From Campylobacterota bacterium (GTDB lineage: Bacteria; Babelota; Babeliae; Babelales; Chromulinivoraceae), in contig PBME01000008.1 in assembly GCA_002721975.1 (NCBI GenBank), positions 2,550 to 66,549 on the forward strand: a stretch of 64,000 nt of DNA, given 5' to 3'. The notes under the pieces are model-generated. The model searched no databases. It was not told the origin of the DNA and saw only the letters and a list, made by a program, of their open reading frames with translations. The translations under genes and the position numbers were made by a program. Shown piece after piece: positions 58,721 through 64,000 of the stretch (the first letter of the stretch is position 1; each line of letters opens with the position of its first letter).

Positions 58721-60085
58721 TTATGAGTTTGTTTCTTGTTCAGGGAAAAATTGTAACAATTCATAGACAGATGATAATTTTTTAACATTTGTATGTTGTT
58801 TTTGTAACACTTGGTCTTTTGCTAAAATCATATGTGAAAAACCAAAAGTTTGACATTCTTTAGCATGAATATCGATATTGTGAATTGGCTTTATTTGACC
58901 TGTTAAACTTATTTCTGCAAGAGCAATTGTTTTTGCAGGTAGAGATTGTTGAAAATAACTTGAGAGTAATGCTAGCGCAATACCCAGATCACATGTTTGA
59001 TCTTTTGTTTTTAACCCTCCACTAATTTTAAAGAATAGATCATGTTTGCTCAAAGGTATATGTAAATATTTTTCTAATATTGCAGCAATGAGCATAACAT
59101 GCTTGTGATCAATGCCAGTAATCACTCGTTGTGGTATACCTGCTTTAAGTGGTACAACAAGTGCTTGTAGCTCTAAAAATATTGGTCTTGTTCCTTCAAG
59201 TGAGCTGACAAGAGTTGATCCTGGTGCATGTTTTGTTTGTTCTAACAAATGTTGATTAATATTTTGTACTTCTTGTAGTCCATCTTGTTTCATATGAAAA
59301 AAACCTATTTCATTAATAGAGCCAAATCTATTTTTAATAGATCGCAGTGTACGTGTTTGCCATTGATCTTCTTTTTGTAAATAAAATACTGCATCAACCA
59401 TATGTTCTAATAGTTTTGGTCCTGCAATGTTTCCCTCCTTTGTGATATGCCCTGTCGCAATAATTGCAATATTATTTTCTTTTGCAAGACGCATTAAATG
59501 AAAAGTCGTTTCTTTAAGTTGTGAAATTGTTCCAGGGAGTGCATTGCTGTTTTGACTTAAAATATTTTGAATCGAATCAATAATGACAAGTGTAGGTTTT
59601 TTTTGTTTACAGATTTCAGATATAATTTCTAGTGTTGCTTGATCGGAAAATAAAAGGTTGTTGTTTTTTATATGTTGAATACGTTCAAATCGTAACTTTA
59701 CTTGTGCCAAAGATTCTTCAGATGAAAAATAAATCACTTGATGATTTTGACTCATTTGTGTTGATACTTGCAGGAGGAGTGTTGATTTACCGATACCAGG
59801 ATCTCCAGATAGTAAAATAAATGATCCAGGAACAATGCCACCACCAGCAACACGATTCCATTCGGAGCAGTCAGAAATAAGTCGTTGTTGTTGTTCAGAT
59901 GAAATAGTATCTAAGGTATGAAGATGTTTGTCAGGTTGAATCGTTAGCTTTGCCTTTGTTGCTGTTTTAGTTGTATGAATTTCATCAAGACTATTCCATT
60001 CTTTGCAGTCAGGACAACATCCTACCCATTTTACTGTTTGATAGGTACATTTGATGCATTCAAAATATGATTGTGATTTTGCCAT
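58721..60085 (-). CDS. radA: DNA repair protein RadA (Sms)
   Basis: 454 aa. Zn ribbon CIKC...CPDC, Walker A GDPGIGKST, KNRFG, and a Lon-protease-like C-terminal domain. Confidence 0.93.
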   Translation of the reverse strand: MAKSQSYFECIKCTYQTVKWVGCCPDCKEWNSLDEIHTTKTATKAKLTIQPDKHLHTLDTISSEQQQRLISDCSEWNRVAGGGIVPGSFILLSGDPGIGKSTLLLQVSTQMSQNHQVIYFSSEESLAQVKLRFERIQHIKNNNLLFSDQATLEIISEICKQKKPTLVIIDSIQNILSQNSNALPGTISQLKETTFHLMRLAKENNIAIIATGHITKEGNIAGPKLLEHMVDAVFYLQKEDQWQTRTLRSIKNRFGSINEIGFFHMKQDGLQEVQNINQHLLEQTKHAPGSTLVSSLEGTRPIFLELQALVVPLKAGIPQRVITGIDHKHVMLIAAILEKYLHIPLSKHDLFFKISGGLKTKDQTCDLGIALALLSSYFQQSLPAKTIALAEISLTGQIKPIHNIDIHAKECQTFGFSHMILAKDQVLQKQHTNVKKLSSVYELLQFFPEQETNS

Positions 60086-60091
60086 ATAAAG

Positions 60092-60814
60092 TTAATCTTT
60101 TTTGATAATGTGACATTTACGACAACGAGGTTCATACTCTGTAGATCCTACCATAATTAATGGATCGTTGTAATGAGCAGGCTGTCCATTAACGAGTCTT
60201 TGTGTTAAACAAAATGTATCATCACCGCACACATTGCAAATAGCTGTTAACTTAATTACTTTGTCTGCATATGCTAATAATTCTGGAATAATACCAAATG
60301 GTTCAGCTCTAAAGTCAAGATCTAATCCAGCAACTAGAACTTTTTTGTTAGATTTTACAAGTGATGTAATCAGAGACAATAAAGCATCTTTTTCTGAGCT
60401 GAAAAACATCACTTCATCTATAGCAATAATATGTGCAGATGATGTCAGAGCAGTCTCATATATATCTTGTACAGAGGTAACAGGTATACAGTTAACCCAG
60501 CTACCAGTTCGTGATGGAATGTAATGTAAAGGATCTAATTCAAGATCTAAAATTTTGCGATTATCAATCGATGGTTTGAAAACTAGCACTTCAAATCCGG
60601 CTAAGATAAATCGTCCTACTTGTCGAATAAGCTCTTCTGATTTCCCTGAACACATTGAACCGCAAAATACCGTTAAAGATCCTTTTTTAAAGTCTTGTTG
60701 CTTAATGTTTAAAGGATTCACAGTATGGATAGGGTTGCCAGTTTGTGGTAGTTGTTGTGATAAAGCAGTTATGTGTAACATACATAACAACATAAGTATT
60801 TTTTTTATTTTCAT
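60092..60814 (-). CDS. tdk: Thymidine kinase with an N-terminal hydrophobic extension
   Basis: 240 aa. P-loop GSMCSGKSEEL, IAIDEVMFF, C-terminal CNVCG...CRKCH. The first ~45 aa (MKIKKILMLLCMLHITALSQ...) are extra relative to typical Tdk. Confidence 0.88.
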   Translation of the reverse strand: MKIKKILMLLCMLHITALSQQLPQTGNPIHTVNPLNIKQQDFKKGSLTVFCGSMCSGKSEELIRQVGRFILAGFEVLVFKPSIDNRKILDLELDPLHYIPSRTGSWVNCIPVTSVQDIYETALTSSAHIIAIDEVMFFSSEKDALLSLITSLVKSNKKVLVAGLDLDFRAEPFGIIPELLAYADKVIKLTAICNVCGDDTFCLTQRLVNGQPAHYNDPLIMVGSTEYEPRCRKCHIIKKD

Positions 60815-61010
60815 AAGTTATATTCCTGGTTAATTTTATAGTACCACATTTCAGTGTCATTGAGCATAAAAATTTTGTAGTTTTTTACAAGATTAATTTA
60901 TAAAATTCCCTGTGATTATTTTTGATAAGTGGTTATACTTTGTATAAAAATTATCTAAAAATCGAACCTAAGCATGTGTATACATGTTGTATCAAATTTG
61001 AAAGGTTGCT

Positions 61011-62348
61011 GTGTCTACAGGCCATATATTAGTTCAAAAATCTATGAATTTACAAGGTGAGGTTGCATTGTCAGGTGCAAAAAATGCTGTTCTAGCAATT
61101 ATGGCATCACTGTTATTGACTTCAGGTAAATCAGTGTTAAAAAATGTTCCAGCTATATCAGATGTTAAACAAATGATTGGTATCCTTGAGTCTTTAGGTG
61201 TAACAATCTTGTTTGATAAAGAACATAATGTGCTAGAAATAGATACGACATCGTTAGATCATAATAATATTGCACAAGAATGTGTCAAAAAGTTTCGAGC
61301 ATCGTTTTTGGTTTTAGGACCACTTTTAACTCGATTTAAAGATGTAAAAATTGCATTGCCAGGTGGAGATGAAATTGGTGCTCGTCCATTAGACTATCAT
61401 ATTAAAAATTTTATTAAGATGGGTGCAGCAATTCATCATGAAGATTCTTTCTTGTATGCTCACGCAAAAAAATTAAAAGCACAAAAAATAGTTTTAGATT
61501 ATCCAAGTGTTGGTGCAACTGAAAATTTAATGATGGCTTTAGTTTTAATTCCAGGTCGCTCTTGGATTATTAACGCAGCTTTAGAGCCAGAAGTATTAGA
61601 TCTTATTACTGTTTTACAAAAAATGGGAGCATCGATTGAAATTGTTTCTCCAGCTATGATTAAAATTGATGGAGTTGAAAAATTACATCCAATTACACAT
61701 ACCGTTATGTTTGATCGCTTGGAAGCAGGATCTTTATTAGTTGCTGGCGCTATTACACAAGGTGACATATATGTACCTGATGCTCATGTGCGCGATATGG
61801 ATTTGTTTTTAATGAAACTAGAAGAAATGGGTAATAAAGTAATATGTAATAAAAATGGTGTTGGTGTACGGATTAAAGGTGCTGCTCGACAACGTGCTGT
61901 ATCCTTTAAAACAGCTCCATATCCAGGGTTTGCAACAGATCTGCAGCCATTGATGATGATTGCTCAGGTTGTTGCACACGGTACAAGTACTATTGTAGAA
62001 ACTGTGTTTGAAAATAGATTCTTACATGCACCAGAACTAAATAAGATGGGTGCAGATATTACAGCATCAGGACACTATGCCCAAGTCAATGGTGTGAAAA
62101 ATTTGTATGGAGCATCCGTATTAGCTACAGACATTAGAGCAGCATGTGCTTTAGCTTTAGCAGGTTTAGTTGCAGAAGGACAAACACATATAGATGGACT
62201 TTTACATTGGAAACGTGGTTATGAAACCTTAGATCAAAAATTACGTGATCTTGGTGCATTATTAGAACTGTGTGAAGGTGCGCCAACTGTTGCAAAAAAA
62301 GTTACTCCTGCAATTGGTGCAAAAAAAGTAGAGAGAAGGGAGCTGTAG
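61011..62348 (+). CDS. murA: UDP-N-acetylglucosamine 1-carboxyvinyltransferase MurA (Asp at the Cys115-equivalent position)
   Basis: 445 aa. GTG start after AAAGG. SGAKNA, LPGGDEIGARPLDYH, FATDLQ, a full-length MurA pattern. Confidence 0.93.
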   Translation: MSTGHILVQKSMNLQGEVALSGAKNAVLAIMASLLLTSGKSVLKNVPAISDVKQMIGILESLGVTILFDKEHNVLEIDTTSLDHNNIAQECVKKFRASFLVLGPLLTRFKDVKIALPGGDEIGARPLDYHIKNFIKMGAAIHHEDSFLYAHAKKLKAQKIVLDYPSVGATENLMMALVLIPGRSWIINAALEPEVLDLITVLQKMGASIEIVSPAMIKIDGVEKLHPITHTVMFDRLEAGSLLVAGAITQGDIYVPDAHVRDMDLFLMKLEEMGNKVICNKNGVGVRIKGAARQRAVSFKTAPYPGFATDLQPLMMIAQVVAHGTSTIVETVFENRFLHAPELNKMGADITASGHYAQVNGVKNLYGASVLATDIRAACALALAGLVAEGQTHIDGLLHWKRGYETLDQKLRDLGALLELCEGAPTVAKKVTPAIGAKKVERREL

Positions 62349-63221
62349 TTGAAGCTTATTTTTAAAACAAGTGTATTGATTATTATAACTGCATTTATAT
62401 TTGGAATATGTATGACTAATAAGCAAAATGGTTCAGTTGTGTTATTAAATGGTGTTTCTTCTTCTGGAAAATCAGCAATAATTAACGAGCTAGTTACATT
62501 ACATCCAAAGTTAAAAGTTTTAAAAGTTGATGATTGGTTTCCTGATGCTTTAAAGAAAACAGTTAAAGGTTATGGTTGGAATGAGGATTCTGGTGTTGAT
62601 CCGTGGTTGTTTTTATATGAGTATGCATTTAAAAAAACAGGCGAGTACTATTTTAATACGCAAGTGCGAGAAAAGTTTTTTAACAACTCAGCTGATTTTT
62701 ATAAACAGGCTTTAGATCTTGTTACCAGCGGACATGATGTTATTATTGACACAGTACTTGAATATGAAACAGAATATACAGAATTTGATACATTTTTTAA
62801 CAACATACAAACAAAAAAAATTTTGATTTATTGTCCGATGGATATTTTGCTTGACAGAGTAGAGCAGCGAAACAAAGCAGGTATTTCTGCTGAGCAGCGT
62901 ACTGCATTTCAATCATTTGAGCAGTTTCCTGCTATGTTTAAAGTACAAGAATCATTACGTGACCAAGTAGTAGATCACGTTCAAACATCTACAATTAAGC
63001 AATCATTAGATGAGGCTATTGTACAATTACTTGATAATAATATTCCTGAGCCATATATTCCAAAATTGCATAAATTTAAAACATCATTTATTAAGCAGTT
63101 TAGACTGAATCAGCAAGATGTTATTATCTTATCTCCACAGCATATATATGATATTATTCTTGATAGTTCTGTCTACTCGCCAAAAGAGTCAGCTGAAAAA
63201 ATAATATCGATATTGCACTAA
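62349..63221 (+). CDS. Chloramphenicol-phosphotransferase-like (CPT family) P-loop kinase
   Basis: VVLLNGVSSSGKSAIINEL resembles the CPT N-terminus (ILNGGSSAGKS). The TTG at 62349 adds a hydrophobic leader. An alternative ATG at 62412 gives MTNKQNGSVVLLNG.... Confidence 0.5.
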   Translation: MKLIFKTSVLIIITAFIFGICMTNKQNGSVVLLNGVSSSGKSAIINELVTLHPKLKVLKVDDWFPDALKKTVKGYGWNEDSGVDPWLFLYEYAFKKTGEYYFNTQVREKFFNNSADFYKQALDLVTSGHDVIIDTVLEYETEYTEFDTFFNNIQTKKILIYCPMDILLDRVEQRNKAGISAEQRTAFQSFEQFPAMFKVQESLRDQVVDHVQTSTIKQSLDEAIVQLLDNNIPEPYIPKLHKFKTSFIKQFRLNQQDVIILSPQHIYDIILDSSVYSPKESAEKIISILH

Positions 63222-64000
63222 AAACTAGCAATTAATTCTATGAGCTCGCGTGTGATTTTTGCTTGACGCATTTTGTTAAATGCAAGTTTCATACTTTTTT
63301 GAAGATTGTCAGCACTGCGTGTTGCATTATCCATTGATAAAAATCGTGCTGATTGCTCTGATAACATAGAATTAGTTAATATGAGCAGAATATTTAATTT
63401 AAGTAGCGTTTCAAATAATGATTCTGTCACGCTAGAGGCATCTTGTGGCCATTCATAATCGTCCAGTATAATATTGTTTGTACTACCACAGTCAGTTTGT
63501 TGAGTTGGAATAATCGTGGTAGATTCAGCTTCCTGAACAAAAAATGTTTTAGGATAACTATAAAAGCATACAACTTCTTGGTAGTTATCTTTAATATCAG
63601 CTACTTTTGTATAAATATCTTGTGCTACTTTTTCAAGTCTATTGGGTAGAACTTTTTCAAAAGTTGCTAAAGTTTCAATATTTCTTTTTTGTAAATATTC
63701 AGTTGTTTTTTTCCCGACACTAATGATATGGCTATTTTCTAAGTTTTCTGTTGTTAGGTGTTGATTAAAGTAACCGAACATAGTTGTGTTAAAAGTACCA
63801 CATAAGCCTTTTTCAGCAGCAAAAAGAATATACAAAGTTTTATATTTTGGTTTTATTTCATTAGCTGTAACAGAATACTTTTGCGTTAGAGCGCATAGTA
63901 AAGGCTCTATTTCATCTTTTAAAAGCTGCATTGTTTCAGATTGTTTTTTTAATTTTGAATGAGCAGACATCGAAATTAAACGCATAGTTTGGGTGATTTT
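63218..64000 (-). CDS. atpG: F-type ATP synthase gamma subunit (5' end beyond the window)
   Basis: The frame continues past the ATG at 63985 to the window edge (KITQTMRLISMSAHSKLKK equals the conserved N-terminal helix). C-terminal QAKITRELIELIASF. Confidence 0.85.
   Translation of the reverse strand, partial: KITQTMRLISMSAHSKLKKQSETMQLLKDEIEPLLCALTQKYSVTANEIKPKYKTLYILFAAEKGLCGTFNTTMFGYFNQHLTTENLENSHIISVGKKTTEYLQKRNIETLATFEKVLPNRLEKVAQDIYTKVADIKDNYQEVVCFYSYPKTFFVQEAESTTIIPTQQTDCGSTNNIILDDYEWPQDASSVTESLFETLLKLNILLILTNSMLSEQSARFLSMDNATRSADNLQKSMKLAFNKMRQAKITRELIELIASF

Overview
Low-GC bacterial chromosome segment, about one-third GC by eye, densely coded on both strands. I count about 62 protein genes, 4 tRNA genes that all encode CCA, and no rRNA or CRISPR. 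The cell plan is diderm: BamA, a beta-barrel OMP, FtsL/FtsI, MurA and a peptidoglycan amidase are present.

Housekeeping genes include groES-groEL, an ftsH-like gene, cysS, trxA, truB, a DEAD-box helicase, radA, tdk and the atpG 5' part. They are interspersed with many lineage-specific ORFs carrying signal-peptide-like leaders, and with ankyrin-like repeat proteins. That mix is typical of small-genome host-associated bacteria. Dependentiae/TM6-like is only an inference from gene content.

The clearest accessory locus is at about 41.5-44.8 kb. A segment of about 3.2 kb is bracketed by imperfect direct repeats that include the last 11 nt of tRNA-Arg(ACG). It carries three things:
- an ATG-less-upstream (apparently 5'-truncated) 649-aa ORF whose C-terminus has an EndoU-like toxin motif pattern;
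- an overlapping small acidic ORF that is a candidate immunity gene;
- a 3' fragment of an alpha/beta-hydrolase gene.

Other notable items:
- a DabB/DabA (NuoL-like + DUF2309) inorganic-carbon pump pair;
- an ankyrin-like gene split by one in-frame TAA;
- a homopolymer frameshift in a small secreted ORF;
- an FtsH-like protease whose N-terminal module is paralogous to the upstream small gene;
- a large secreted protein with a clan-CD-like His/Cys dyad;
- MurA with Asp at the fosfomycin-target Cys position;
- duplicated AGCS symporter genes flanking two secreted-protein genes.

All functional calls come from motif recognition by eye. No database search was possible.
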